The notes beneath the pieces are model-generated. The model ran no database searches. It was not told where the DNA came from and saw only the letters and a program-made list of their open reading frames with translations. The translations under genes and the position numbers were made by a program. Positions 1-11,676 of a stretch of 40,366 nt of DNA are shown piece after piece (the stretch's first letter is position 1; the number at the start of each line of letters is the position of its first letter). The stretch spans positions 8,119,124-8,159,489 of the forward strand of contig NC_068987.1 in the NCBI RefSeq assembly GCF_001194135.2, in the 5' to 3' direction. This DNA comes from Octopus bimaculoides. Its lineage: Eukaryota.

Positions 1-60
1 AAGAATATACATGTAAAGTATAATCTGAAATACAATTATTCATATTAAGATATCTTTTCT

Positions 61-270
61 TTCATTTTTTCTATTACTTGTTTCAGTCATCTGACCGCGG
101 CCGTGCTGGAGCACTGCCTTTAGTCGAATAAATCGACCCCAGGACTTACTCTTTGTAAGCCTGGTTACTTATTCTATCGGTCTCTTTTTGCTGAACCGCT
201 AAATTACGGGGACATAAACACACCAACATCAGTTGTCAAGAAATGTTGGGAGTGACAAACACACATACAC
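61..270 (-). mobile_element. SINE 3' module (my family C), reverse orientation
   Basis: ttacttgtttcagtcatctgaccgcggccgtgctggagcac...ctatcggtctctttttgctgaaccgctaaattacgggg is the reverse complement of the module at 25250-25430, 26560-26735 and 28920-29100. Confidence 0.85.
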
Positions 271-284
271 AGACAGAGGCCCGC

Positions 285-545
285 TCTACTGGCTCCAGTG
301 CTGGCGGCACATAAAAAGTACCAACCGATCATGATCATGCCAGGCTCACCTCACTGGCTCCTGTGCCAGTGGCACATAAAAGCACCCACTACACTCTCGG
401 AGTGGTTGGCGTTAGGAAGGGCATCCAGCTGTAGAAACCCTGTCAGATCAGGTTGGAGGCTGGTGCAGCCGTTGGCTCTCCAGACCTCAGTCAAACCGTC
501 CAACCCATGCCAGCATGGAAAACCGACGTTAATTGATGATGATGA
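285..545 (+). mobile_element. SINE module (my family B) ending in a (GAT)n tail
   Basis: ggcacataaaagcacccactacactctcggagtggttggcgttaggaagggcatccagctgtagaaac...ccaacccatgccagcatggaaaaccgacgttaa-(gat)n; the same block recurs at least 8 times in the window. Confidence 0.9.
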
Positions 546-683
546 TATATATATATATATATATATATATANNNNNNNNNNTAAATCAACAATTATGCTA
601 TCTGTTGGAGTCTCAGCTTTTTTAGCTGCTATTTCTGAACTTCGGCATATGGTGAAGCAAATGCTTGCTGATCCCTTAATTAT

Positions 684-717
<34 letters not shown>

Positions 718-719
<2 letters not shown>

Positions 720-886
720 GACAGGCTTCTTTCAGCTTCCATCTACCAAATCCACTCACAAAGCTTTGGTCGGCCTGAGGCTATAGTAGAAGACACTTGC
801 CGAAGTTGTCACACAGTGGGACTGAACCTGGAACCATGTGGCTGTGTGGTAAGCAAGCTACTTACCACACAGTCACTCCTGCACCT
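718..886 (-). mobile_element. tRNA-derived SINE head plus CORE-like body (my family A; octopus OR-type SINE)
   Basis: Consensus from other copies (e.g. 25017+) has an A-box-like tggctgtgtggt, a B-box-like ggttcagtcc, then ccttgggcaagtgtcttctactatagcctc (CORE-like); many copies in the window. Assignment to the OR SINEs is from memory, not a search. Confidence 0.85.
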
Positions 887-1682
887 ATATATATATTTTA
901 TTGTATTTTTTTTATATACTACTGGAACCTTTGGGTTTCAGATGACATTGAATTATAATCATTGAAAGGGATTTTTGAATGGTGTGCCATTTCTGGATTG
1001 TTCCTCCTTGCCTGAAGACTGGTTCATTATCTCTGTTGTTTTAAAATCTTGGTTCCCACCCAACAAAGTCATCCTTTGTATAAAACTTTCTTATGACAAA
1101 CAGACAGACAATGGGTGTGAAAACTGCTCTGCTCATCTCCCCCACCTCTTTTTTCTCATGGTGTGTGTGTGTGTGTGTGTATGAGAGAACATGTGAGAGA
1201 GAACATGTGTGTACATATTCGTTTATGTGTGCATGTATTATATTTGTGTGTATGTCTGTTAAGTTATGTACAGATGTAGGGCTCTCTCTCTCTCCCGTCC
1301 CTCCTTCCCTCTCTGTCTATCTGTCTCTCTCTCTCCCTTTCCTACCAACTACAGAGATAAAAGGAAGCAAAGCACTCACCAAAAATAAAAGAGCTTCAGA
1401 CATGATCAATTGACTTTGCCTTCGCCTTTTGCGACTCTGGGAAGGAAACGATATGCCATAATACATGACAGATTCTCAAACAGTCTTGTTCCAAATTTTG
1501 ACATGCAAGACAAAAAGCACAAAATGGATGAGATATACTGTCAGGTCCCAGGACTTCTTTTCTATAACTTTTGCTTTAAAAAACGTATGCATCAAGAATT
1601 TGGCATTTTAAGGTTCTCAATGGTTTCCCCAAAACTGTTGTCTTCCAGAGGGATTACAAACAATGACCAGGATTTTTTCATT

Positions 1683-2105
1683 AGGGTGCATGCCTGGTGG
1701 TGTGGTTAAGAATCTTGTTTCCCGACCATGTGGTCTTGGGTTCAATCCCTCTGCGTGGCACCTTGGGCAGGTGTTTTATGCTATAGCTTCCAGGTCCACG
1801 AAAGCCTTGTGATTGGATTTGGTAAACAGACCCAGACAGAAGCGTGTGTGTACACTTGTCTTGACACCTTGTAATGGTTGCAAATGATGGTGATGATGTT
1901 GATCATCGTTGTTGTTGTACTAACAATTTTGTTCATTTTTAGTCTTCCATGATAAACATGTTTGGCCATAGGGAAATATTGCCTTGCTTGAAACAGGTAA
2001 GGATTGGAGACAGGAAGAGCATCCAGCCATAGAAAAGCCTCTGCCTCAGTACACACTCTTGTCTAATAGATGCAAGCATGGAAAGTGGATGTTAAATAAT
2101 AATGA
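1683..2105 (+). mobile_element. Composite SINE: family A head plus alternative 3' module (gcatcc-containing), degenerate
   Basis: Head tggtgtggttaag...gggttcaatccc...ggcaccttgggcagg, then aaacaggtaaggattggagacaggaagagcatccagccatagaaa...gcaagcatggaaagtggatgttaa; homologous to 7262-7545, 19010-19255 and 39275-39640. Confidence 0.75.
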
Positions 2106-2246
2106 TGGTGATGACTTACAAAGGGTGTCTTGATGTACTTCTTCTCTCTAATGCATGAGATCAACCATCTTCAAAAACAACTGTTAGACTGAAGCAGAGC
2201 AATAGCCACCATTTCATTGATCTGCCAACTAAAAATATCATGTTCC

Positions 2247-2430
2247 CTGAAATACTGAACAAAAATATATTACCTCCACCTCCTGGACATAAAAGAATAT
2301 TCAATTTTATGTGTAGTGCTCTAGCATGGCCTTCAATGCCATGTGCCCTGAAACAATGAATAAAAATATCTGTCCTCCACCTCCTGAACGTAAAAGATAG
2401 CATATTCAATTTTGTGAGTAGTTCTATGGC
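2247..2430. repeat. Degenerate ~100-bp tandem duplication
   Basis: ccctgaaatactgaacaaaaatatattacctccacctcctggacataaaagaatattcaattttatgtgtag vs ccctgaaacaatgaataaaaatatctgtcctccacctcctgaacgtaaaagatagcatattcaattttgtgagtag. Confidence 0.75.
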
Positions 2431-2442
2431 ATATATATGCAT

Positions 2443-2483
<41 letters not shown>

Positions 2484-2700
2484 CTCACATACATGCATAC
2501 ATATATACATACACATACAAGCACACATGTACATGCATTCATACATACAACCTTATACACACAGGTATACTTATCTACATACACATACATATATATATAT
2601 GCACACACATCTGCATACACAAACATATATACATACACACACACACATATCTCCATGCATCTGCGAGTGTGTTTGTATCCCCCTCCCCCCACACACACAC
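2430..2700. repeat. (TA)n/(CA)n mosaic microsatellite
   Basis: Direct reading; explains the low-complexity HT/YI ORFs in the track. Confidence 0.95.
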
Positions 2701-3897
2701 TGACAAATTCAGTAATCCCGCTCTCTTTTTAATTCCTCTTTTGTCCTCCGCAATTTCTATGCCACAGTTTTGTCAAAATGCTTGCTTTTATATTTGACCA
2801 CCTCCTTTAAATGATTGCTTTTATTTTTACTCTATTCCAAGAGCTTTGGTTCTTGGGCCCTACCTACCTTCAATCCCCTACCACCATGCCACTTCTTTAC
2901 CTGCCTCTATTTTTCTATTTAATCCTTCTTTAATGCCCCTGGGTGGTGGGTCTGATGGTCACCATTAGTAGTGGTGGAGGCGGAGGTATAACTGCAAGAG
3001 AGAGGTTGACTAGAAGGGAGATAATTGGGAGAATGAAATATGTTTATTTTCTAATGAAATATATAAATAAAATCCCCGGGGATTTAATCCAGGTTAAGAT
3101 TATTTTCTAGCCAGGCTTCTCCTTAGAGGAGGGGATTGTAGAGGTGAAAGGTTATCGTTGGTTATCTCCCTACTCAAAATAAAGAAAAACAGACTGGAAG
3201 GGAGCAGAGGAGATGTTTGATCCTTGTTTAATGTCCTGCCTCTACCCTGTATTACCTCTCCACCATAGATGGTTAGTGTTGTTGCTTTGTTTTGTATCAG
3301 ACTGAAATTGTTGAATGATGTTTAGTAGAGAATGGGTGAAATGGGGGAAGGAGGAGGAGAGAGAAAGAGATTAGTTGAAACGAGGGGGGGGGGGTTCTTG
3401 CAGCTGAGTTCTTTTCCACCAATTTTGTTTCACTATTCCAACCACCCTATGTATGTATATCTATCTATTAGTGAAGTGGAGCAGGTGTGCTGTAAAAACA
3501 TTCTCCTATATTATAATAGTTTTGTGATTCAGATGTTTTTACAGCAGGATTACCATTTACTAAGAGATAAAGAAAACAAAACAAAACAAAAAATATAAAT
3601 AGAATAAAAAAAGAAAACAGGAAAAAAATTTTTTTTTTTTGGCAATAGACTCAGGAATATTAATTAAGAATATTCTTACATGCTTTGTCATTAGAATCTC
3701 CATTTTTGATGTCATGCTTCAGCTTTGTTATCACTATGAGGGAAATTTGGCTGCTGTTTCTATTTAGTCAAGCTTCCTTATTGACACAGAGCTCTTTTTT
3801 TTTTTTTTTTTTTTTTTTTTGTTGGTGGTGGTGGTGATGAGGATAATTTTTGCTGGATGAGTCAGAATACAGATTTGTTCATCACTGTTGCTTGCCT

Positions 3898-3985
3898 GTG
3901 AAGGCACTTGGCCCAGTGGATAGGGTGCAACACTCGTGGCCTTACAATCGTGGTTTCGGTTCCTAGACAAGGCATCTTTTATCAT
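3898..3985 (+). mobile_element. Degenerate tRNA-like SINE head fragment (family E)
   Basis: gtgaaggcacttggcccagtggatagggtg...tggtttcggttcc resembles the heads at 9223 and 20491. Confidence 0.5.
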
Positions 3986-4239
3986 AATCCTTCGGTGTGG
4001 TTGAACAACCAATCCCAAACCAGTTCAATCAACTTCCTCATCACTTCGGATCATTAAACCCTTGTGCTTGATTTTGTTGTGCTTATTCATCCTTTTTGAT
4101 TGATGAATACGAAAACATGGCTGGGGAGACTTCTGTTTGGGCAATTTTCTTGAGCCACCATCTCACCCTTGTAACTTGCTTTCATTTTGTTAGTCTTTTC
4201 ACAAACAAGGTAGTACACCAATGTACTTGCTCAATCGCT

Positions 4240-4450
4240 CCCTCACACTCACTCACTCACTCTCACTCACTCACTCTCACACACACTCACTCTCACTGAC
4301 ATTCACTCTCACTCACATTCATTCTCACTCAGTTTCACAAACACACTCTCACTCAAACTCACTCACTCTCACTCTTGCACATTCACTCTTGCTCTCTCTT
4401 TCTCACCCTCTATCTCACCCTCACTCAACTCTCTCCTATTCACACACACA
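4240..4450. repeat. Degenerate (CTCA)n/(CT)n tract
   Basis: Direct reading: ctcactcactcactctcactcactcactctcac... Confidence 0.9.
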
Positions 4451-5339
4451 ACATTGGATGGTCATTGGCTTCAGCTTAACAAGTATATTATATACCTCTG
4501 ACAGATCTAATATGTTTTTGCTTCTTAAGTCTTGCTTTTGTACTCCTTATATATATTCTTTATGTCTGTCTAACTTTCATACATCTTGTATTTGGCCTTG
4601 TACTCTTTCTTAGGCTTAGCTTTTCCACTCCCTAGATGCACTCTTTATGACTGCATAACTTATGTACTTCTTATGTCTGATCTTTGTACTCTTTCTTAGG
4701 TCTAGCTTTTATTTGACTGTATTCATGTACATTTTTCTTTTTTCTTTTCTTTTTCTATTATTTCTTTCTTCTTTTTATTCGTTTTGTTTCTTCCAAATTT
4801 TATTTCCCACTTTTTACATCTCACAATACCAATGTTTGTCTATTTATTTCTTATTCATCTTTTGTCAAATCCCTTTCATATACTTCCGTCACTCGATTGT
4901 CCATTCTTTTCATAACCATTGTTTCACTGTTCACATTTCAAAATTCTTTGGAAAACCAAGAATTTTTTCTTCATGAAAATGTGTTTTTTTTTTTTCCTTT
5001 TTTTTTATTTTTTATTACCATTTTTCTCATTTTGAAATTTATTTTTAATTAATAAGTTTCTTCAACTTGGCTAGATTACACTGAATTTTCTTTGTTGTAT
5101 TTTAACATCAAGCCATTATTTAAGAATTGTGTTGTAAACAGAAATGGCAAGGTGTGTGTGTGAGTGTGTGTGAAGAAAGATTGATGAGAACAAAAGAAAA
5201 AAAAGATAGGGTTTCATTGTCTTCAATATAATTTGCAAGAATCATTAATAATTTAGGTTCCAATGTTAAATAACGAAGTCATCATTTGGTGATGGTTGTT
5301 GTACTAACATTCAGGTACCTAACACACACACACACACAC

Positions 5340-5560
5340 ACGTTTCATCTTTCTTTTATTTGAACTGTGGCCATGCTGGAACACTGCTTTATAGTCTTTA
5401 ATTACAGAAATTGACACCAATTCTTTTTTTTTTTTTCTGTCAAGTCTGGTACTTATTCTATTGATCTCCTTTTGCCAAACTGCTAAGTTACAGTGATTTA
5501 AGCAAACCAGCATAAATTGTCAAGCATTGGAATGCAAAAGATGGAAAACACAAACACACA

Positions 5561-5604
<44 letters not shown>

Positions 5605-5760
5605 GCTTCTTTCAGTTTCAATCTACCAAATCCACTCACAAATTTTTGGTTAGCCTAGGACTATATTTGAAGTGACTTACCTAAGGTGCTACACAGTGGG
5701 ACTGAACCCAGCACCATGTGGTTTGGAAGCAGACTTCTTAATCACACAACCCTGCCTGCA
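5340..5760 (-). mobile_element. Full-length SINE: family A head, (TA)n linker, family C tail
   Basis: A module 5600-5760, microsatellite about 5550-5600, C module 5340-5545; mirror image of 25017-25432. Confidence 0.85.
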
Positions 5761-5806
5761 CACACACAAACATGTGTCTGTCTGTTTGTCTATGAGTTAT
5801 ATCAGC

Positions 5807-6143
5807 CCCTGAACTGGAAGTCTTTGCACTGTTCCAAAAGTCCTACCCCTCCTGTTTAGAGTGGGGACCACGTACCACAATACCTTGGGATTCAAAGGTC
5901 CACAGCTATTTAATATCTTGACAAAAAATTTGAGAGATCTATACAGAATTGGGGCAGTTGTTTTCGAAACAACTTGACCTGCTGTCCAAGACCCCAAATA
6001 AACCTACATTTCAGCTAAAAACTCAAAAGTGGGTACCAATATCAAATTCCCACCTTCACTAAAAGCCAATCACAAAAGAATGGTTATTGAAGAGGTGATA
6101 ATTCTAGTGGTGCCCCAGCATGGTCATAGCCTTTGAGCTGAAA
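5807..6143 (+). mobile_element. Decayed 3' end of a CR1/L2-group non-LTR retrotransposon ORF2 plus 3' tail
   Basis: A + frame reads TGSLCTVPKVLPLLFRVGTTYHNTLGFKGPQLFNILTKNLRDLYRIGAVVFETT*, resembling the GPxLFNxLP..LR.....FK..LD C-terminal motif of CR1/L2-group ORF2 (recognised from memory); stops and frameshifts present. Confidence 0.65.
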
Positions 6144-7261
6144 TGCTTGGAGATTTGATTGCTGTTTCTAGCCAATCAAGTTATTATGTTTGTTGATTTA
6201 GCTGTGGGCACAATTAAGGACTGCATTTGATCACTGTCTCACAGTAGCCCTGTATTTAGGGTCAAAAGCATGTAAGGGATGTTAATTTAAAAGACGGGAC
6301 TTTGAGAGATTTGGTTTCTACTTTGAGCACATCAAATCACCTAGAAACTCTTTCACTGGTTTGCAAATGATGATGATGATGACAACAATGGTGATGGTGG
6401 ATATAAGCGCTGGTGCTTTTCTTTTTTTTCCTTTCTTTCATTTTTTTTTTAAAGATCAATTTATCTTTGTACTCCGCCCCCCCCCNNNNNNNNNNCCCGC
6501 TGTCCCAGTAACTATGGAATGAGAGTTGAGAATCTTGTGACATCTGTTTTGCCTTAGAATACTAATGGTATTGGTAACAGAAATGTTTTCTCCTTCTCCT
6601 TTTTTCTCCTCCTTTTCTTCTCTTTCTTTTCCTTCTTTTCATTGCAATTTGAAAAGGAACGATGGAGAAACTAAGAAGGGTAGTGATAGTTTAGCTGATC
6701 AATATGTTTTGTTGACAGCCATTCAAATTCTTCTGTCCATCTGTTGTCATTAGGTTTCCTTTCAGTTTCTCTCTCTCTACTCAGCCTATTCTTTTCGGTT
6801 TATTTACTTATTTTCAGATATCAACCACCTTGCTTCACCATTCATTGTCTTTTTTTTCTTTTCTTTTTCTATTTCTTTTTTCTTTTTTTCCATCCTTTAT
6901 TCAACTTTCTTTCACAAACAAGTGACATTTCTTTTTCAAAGCTGTTCAGTCTCTAATCTCTTCTTCTTCTGGGAAAAGTTCACACACATGTCCTACTTTC
7001 AAAACCTGGCTGTTTTTCTCACCGATTCCAGTAATTATACAATGTGCTGTATTAACTTTGGACATTGGACATTTCTGATTATTCACTCTAACGTGTAACT
7101 CTATCCTATGTACATCGTAAGCACCACCTGTCTGTCAAAGGGTAATTGGTTGCTAAGATGCACTGGTTTAGATAGCTCACCTGTGTTTTGTGCTCTCAAA
7201 GGAATCCATTTGTATATGTTTCACAATGTGGTTGCAAAGCCCAGCTGAAGCTACACTGATT

Positions 7262-7545
7262 GGATATTGCTTCATTTGAGTGTTGCGATGTTCAATCTCC
7301 ACTCATGGCACTTTGGGCAAGTGTCTTCTGCTATAGGTCTCACGCTGACAAAAGCCTTATGAATGGATTTGATAGGTGGAAACTGGAAGAAGCCCATCGT
7401 ATATATCATCATCGTCTTACTGCAGAGGGAAATATTACTTTGCCTGAAAGCAGGTGAGGGTTGGTGACATAAAGAGCATCCGGGCTGTCGAAAGTCTGCC
7501 TCGACAAATTCCATCTGCTTTGCAAATGCATGAAGAATTGGGTTT
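7262..7545 (+). mobile_element. Composite SINE (A head plus gcatcc module)
   Basis: ggcactttgggcaagtgtcttctgctatagg...aaactggaagaagcccatcg...aggtgagggttggtgacataaagagcatccggg. Confidence 0.8.
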
Positions 7546-8037
7546 TAAGTGGTGTCACTGATGATGAGGGTGACAGAAATTAGAACCTGTGTTGTGACAT
7601 CCATCAGTTGGAACATTCCTGTAGTAGATATTTTCACTACTTATTGTGTATTGTTGAAATCATAAGTAATTAAGCAAAAAATTGTCAATCATATCTGAAG
7701 ATGATAATTAATTCTCCTATTATTATATTAGGCTTAATGGCTGCAAATTATAAATGGTAGTGCACTGGATTAAATGGCCTAAGGATTATCTTTTTTTGCT
7801 TTAGTTTGTCACATTTTCGCCGCATTCCTCCAGGATTAATAAAGTAAATACTATTTATACACTGAGATAAATTCATTTGGATTTCCATCTTCCTTACAAA
7901 CACTTTGTACCAATTTGGAAAATTTGTGATTTCTCTTGTGTTCTAAAAACTATTGGAAAGCATGTTTCTCAAGTTTCTGTTGTCCTCTGATTGAAATCCT
8001 CTACCATTATTTATGTCTTGTATATAAAACAGTGAGC

Positions 8038-8200
8038 TTGGCAGTATCATTAGCACACTGGACAAAATGCTTGATGGCGTTTTGTTTTGAGTTCAACTGC
8101 CTTTCATCCTTTCTGGGGCAATGAAATGGGTACCAGTTATGCACTGGAGATGGGGGTGTTATCAACTTTCCCTCTCCCAAATTTGAAGCTTTGTGCTTGC
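8038..8200 (+). mobile_element. Degenerate SINE (my family D)
   Basis: ggcagtatcattagcacactggacaaaatgctt...gagttcaactgcctttcatcctttctgggg...gtaccagttatgcactgg aligns to the reverse complement of 8319-8550. Confidence 0.65.
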
Positions 8201-8318
8201 AGTACCTTGTATAAGGTAAACAATGATGTCGTCTCTTCAATTATTTTGGTGATCTGAGAGAAAATACAACTTTTTGGATTGTCTTTCTTCAGATGCTAGA
8301 CTGAATGATTTTATTATT

Positions 8319-8550
8319 TATTTCTTTATTGCCCACGGGTGGTGGGATAAACATAGAGGGGACAAACACGGACAGACAAAGGGATTAAGTCAATTACATT
8401 GACCCCAGTGCGTAACTGGTACTTATTTAATCGACCCTGAAAGGATGAAAGCTAAAATCGACCTCGGCGGAATTTGAACTCAGAACATAATGGCAGGCGA
8501 AATACCGCTAAGCATTTCACCCAGTGTGCTAACGATTCTGCCAGCTCGCC
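8319..8550 (-). mobile_element. Well-preserved tRNA-derived SINE (family D)
   Basis: Reverse strand: ggcgagctggcagaatcgttagcacactggg...ctgagttcaaattccgccgaggtcgattttagctttcatcctttcagggtcgattaaataagtaccagttacgcactggggtc...gggcaataaagaaata. Confidence 0.9.
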
Positions 8551-8584
8551 AAATAATTTTAATATTGCTTTTAACTGCAGCTAA

Positions 8585-8760
8585 GGTGATGCTAGCAGGA
8601 TTTTTGGTATGACAATGGAATTTCTCCCAGTTTTACATCCTGAGCTCAAATGCCGCTGGGGCTGATTAAAAATAAATACCAGTTAAGCACAGAGTTGATG
8701 TACTTGACTTACCCCCTCCTCTAAAGTTGCTGGCCTTGTGTCAAAATTTGAGACCATTTT
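8585..8760 (+). mobile_element. Degenerate SINE (family D)
   Basis: ctgagctcaaatgccgctggggctgattaaaataaataccagttaagcacag...ggccttgtgtcaaaatttgagacc; inverted relative to 8319-8550. Confidence 0.55.
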
Positions 8761-9222
8761 TGACCACAGCTCATCCCCAAGCATTTAGATGTTTCATCGT
8801 AAAATTTTCAGTTTTCAATGTTTAGCAGGAATCTTGCAATGAGGTCGGAGAGAAAAGAATTGGACAATGAAAACATTCATTGTTAAGAAAGACTTGAAAC
8901 GACATCAGTTTGCTGTTTGTCTCTTTATCTGTAACAACATCTGTGAGTAGGATGGCCGTCCCAACTAGCTTGTGTCTTTGGAATTAATCCCTGTCACAGA
9001 CATTAAATGAAGGTGTCATTCTTTGCTGTATTGGAAATTAATAAAAGTGGCCACCAGTGAAGAAATTTAATGAAAAATAAAATAAGACCCAGACTTCTTG
9101 TGGTGCCATCAGTAAAAGCAGCCACTTATCAAGTGAGAGAGATAGGTCTTTCAGCTTCTGTTGTTGATTTTGATATCAAATAAGTGATTTGATATTTATT
9201 CTTTTAGTATCTAAACCAGTCG

Positions 9223-9495
9223 GTGAAGGCGCATGGCACAGTGGTTAGTGTTCAGCTCATGATCATATGGTCATGAGTTCAATACCCACCAGTACATTGT
9301 GCTCTTGGGCAAGCTGTTTTATTTCAAGTTGCACCTGTCCTTTCAGCTGGCAAAAATGAGTAGTACCTGTAATTGAAAGGGGCCAGCCTTGTCACATTTT
9401 ATGCTATGTTGAATCTCCCTGAGAACAACATTAAGGGTACATGTGTCTGTGGAGTGCTCAGCCTCTTGCACGTTAACTTCATAAGCAGGCTGTTT
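9223..9495 (+). mobile_element. tRNA-derived SINE (my family E)
   Basis: gtgaaggcgcatggcacagtggttag...atgagttcaatacc (A/B-box-like)...ctccctgagaacaacattaagggtacatgtgtctgtggagtgctcagcc; second copy at 20491-20773. Confidence 0.85.
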
Positions 9496-9496
9496 T

Positions 9497-9810
9497 GGGG
9501 GAGGGGACTAGTCAACTGCATCAACCCCATTGCGTAACAAGTACTTAATTTATTAACCCCAAAAGAACGAAAGGCAAAGTTGACCTTGGTGGAATTTTTG
9601 CTACTAAACTCACAAGGCCTGAAATTTTGTGGGGAGGGGACCAGTCGATTGCATTGACCCCCATTGTGTAACAGGTACTTAATTTATCGACTCCAAAAGG
9701 ATGAAAAGCAGTCGACCTCAGTGGAATTTGAACTCGGGATGTAAGGACGGACAAAATGCTGTTGAGCATTTTGCCTGATGTGCTAACAATTTTGCCAGCT
9801 CAACACCTTA
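9497..9810 (-). mobile_element. Two tandem family D SINE fragments
   Basis: ggggaggggactagtc...gtacttaatttattaacccc (about 9497-9595) is repeated as ggggaggggaccagtc...gtacttaatttatcgactcc (about 9629-9810, with the head). Confidence 0.8.
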
Positions 9811-10712
9811 ATAATAATAATAATAATAATAATAATTTTTCTATCTGCTTACCATCACATTGCTGTTGTTCACTTATTCATTTTTGACTGTTTTGTTAAT
9901 ATACGTATCTACTTGGAGTGTTTATTCGAGCGGAAAAGAAGAGCCTTGCTTCATTAATTATCAAAGACCATATTATTGCTTGTACTATCTTAAGTTTTGT
10001 TCATTTTCATAGTGGTTGGTTACAGTTGGACTGGCTCTAAACTTTTCACTGGGAATCGTTATGTGATACACAAGTCCTACATTGTGTATGTGCAAGCATG
10101 TGTATATGATTCTATGCGCATGTGTGTGTCGGTGTGTGTGTGAGTGTATCTGCATAAAATCTCTAGAGAATAAATAACAACAATAATAGTGTTATTTTGT
10201 TAATGCATGCATGAATATGATATACTTTCCCTATGCTGAACCAGCTGGAGAACGAGAGAGGCATTCAAGTGCATCGGTTTATAAACCTTATTATTTAATG
10301 AAAGGAAAATGAAGTCGGGAATCCTGTTATTTAACTATGCAGTGACACACAAAACCATTGCTCATCTTGTCTTTGTAAAGCTGGACTTAATCAATGAAGC
10401 AGTGTGTCACACTCACTTATAATCACATCCTGCCTTTTGGCATTTCTCTATTAGAATGGATTCTTCATATTCCAGGCGAAGAAATGTGTTTTTAACTCTC
10501 TGTGAGGAACGTAGCTTCAGTTAAAAAGAAAGTCTACATGGAATTAAATGATTATTATTTGCTAGATCAGTTGTAATTCAAGCAAATCTAAAGGCGCTAA
10601 CTTTGGTCATGTAACAATTCTGATTTCTTGTATTGGTTGCAAGATAAACAAATTTGTAGCAGTCAAACGACATAGTTGATTGAATCAACTCCGGTAAATC
10701 ATTGTTGTCTCC

Positions 10713-10940
10713 TTAACCCTTTAGCATTCAGACTACTCTGTCAAATGTAAAACCTGTTTAATTACAGTGTTTTAAATTAATTGTACAGTATCTTGTAACT
10801 CTGAGATTTTGATGATGTCCCTGTTTATTTTTAGAATGACTTTGTAGGGTAGGTGTGAGAGGTCAGAGCTGGCTGGTTTGAGCATAAAACAGGAAGACAA
10901 TTTTGGCCTTATATGGCTGGTTTCAACACTAAAGGGTTAA
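10713..10940. mobile_element. piggyBac-type MITE with TTAA target-site duplication
   Basis: TTAA(10713-16)|CCCTTTAG ... CTAAAGGG|TTAA(10937-40); 8-bp terminal inverted repeat; TTAA-CCC ends are the established piggyBac signature; no transposase. Confidence 0.8.
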
Positions 10941-11054
10941 AATGTTGGATTGCTATAATGTCCACTTCAGTATACAATATACTTAGAAAACCAGTAAAGA
11001 CACGACTATCTCTGACCGCCTACTACCTACTCTCCCATACTGTCCTGCACTCTC

Positions 11055-11300
11055 CAAGCGGGATCACTGCCAGAGCAGCAGTCTCGCTTCTGTGCCGGTG
11101 GCACGTAAAAAGCACCATTTGAGCGCAATTGTTTCCAGCTTCGCCTTACTGGCACTTGTGCCAGTGGTATGTGAACAAAACATTGGACTGACTCCCGTGC
11201 AGGTGGCATGTAAAAAAAAAACACTATTTGAGCATGGCCGTTGCCAGTACCACCAGACTGGTGGTATGTGCTTAGTTTCACTCTTTAGCATTTAGACTGG
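11055..11300 (+). mobile_element. SINE family B body with internally repeated ggcacgtaaaaagcacc submodules
   Basis: gcttctgtgccggtggcacgtaaaaagcaccatttgagcg...gcaggtggcatgtaaaaaaaaaacactatttgagcatggccgttgccagtacc; inverted homolog at 15070-15290. Confidence 0.8.
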
Positions 11301-11479
11301 GCGATTACCAGCTCAGTCCTTGTTGCTCCACTCAGGTGAAGCATGCAGGCTAAGGGGCAAAACGCTTGTGACTCTGAGATACCGGCTGACGATACAGAAG
11401 GATTTCCAGCATTGCAATGGATTTATAAGAGTTTGCAGTTTCTTTAGGAAGCAAAGCGTCTCTGATATTTATTTCACTT

Positions 11480-11676
11480 CACCAGACCAGACCAGACCAG
11501 TCATATCTGGCTCGAATATTCTACCTGTTTATGTTAAAACTGGCCACATCCAGCCTCTCACACCTACTCTACAATGTCATTCTGAAAATAAGCAGTCACA
11601 TCATGCATTATCTAGTAGCTGCAAGATTTCTATGAGCATTTCGCTTGACAGAGTAATCAGAATGCTAAAGAGTTAG
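11480..11676. mobile_element. Partial piggyBac-type MITE (same family, opposite orientation to 10713)
   Basis: ctctcacacctactctacaatgtcattctgaaaata...ttgacagagtaatcagaatgctaaagagttag matches the end of the 26981-27270 copy; other end degraded. Confidence 0.65.

Noticed and set aside
298-786. 162-aa ORF
   Set aside because: Runs through two SINEs, a TA repeat and an N gap.
964-1092. Minus-strand open frame SFIQRMTLLGGNQDFKTTEIMNQSSGKEEQSRNGTPFKNPFQ* after gtcataAG
   Set aside because: Could be a terminal exon, but the acceptor is mediocre and there is no homology or compatible upstream exon.
2121-2169. Minus-strand mini-exon WLISCIREKKYIKTPF with a GTAAGT donor (faint BRCT-like W motif)
   Set aside because: Weak acceptor, 16 aa is too short to judge, and no supporting neighbours.
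3070-3085. Perfect 16-bp palindrome aaatccccggggattt (contains a COE/EBF-like TCCCNNGGGA)
   Set aside because: About one palindrome of this length is expected by chance in 40 kb; no supporting context.
8085-8216. Apparent exon ending at aag|GTAAAC
   Set aside because: Most of it is a degenerate family D SINE; peptide not recognisable.
9223-9295. SINE heads as genuine tRNA genes
   Set aside because: A/B-box-like motifs are present but no complete cloverleaf; they continue into SINE bodies.
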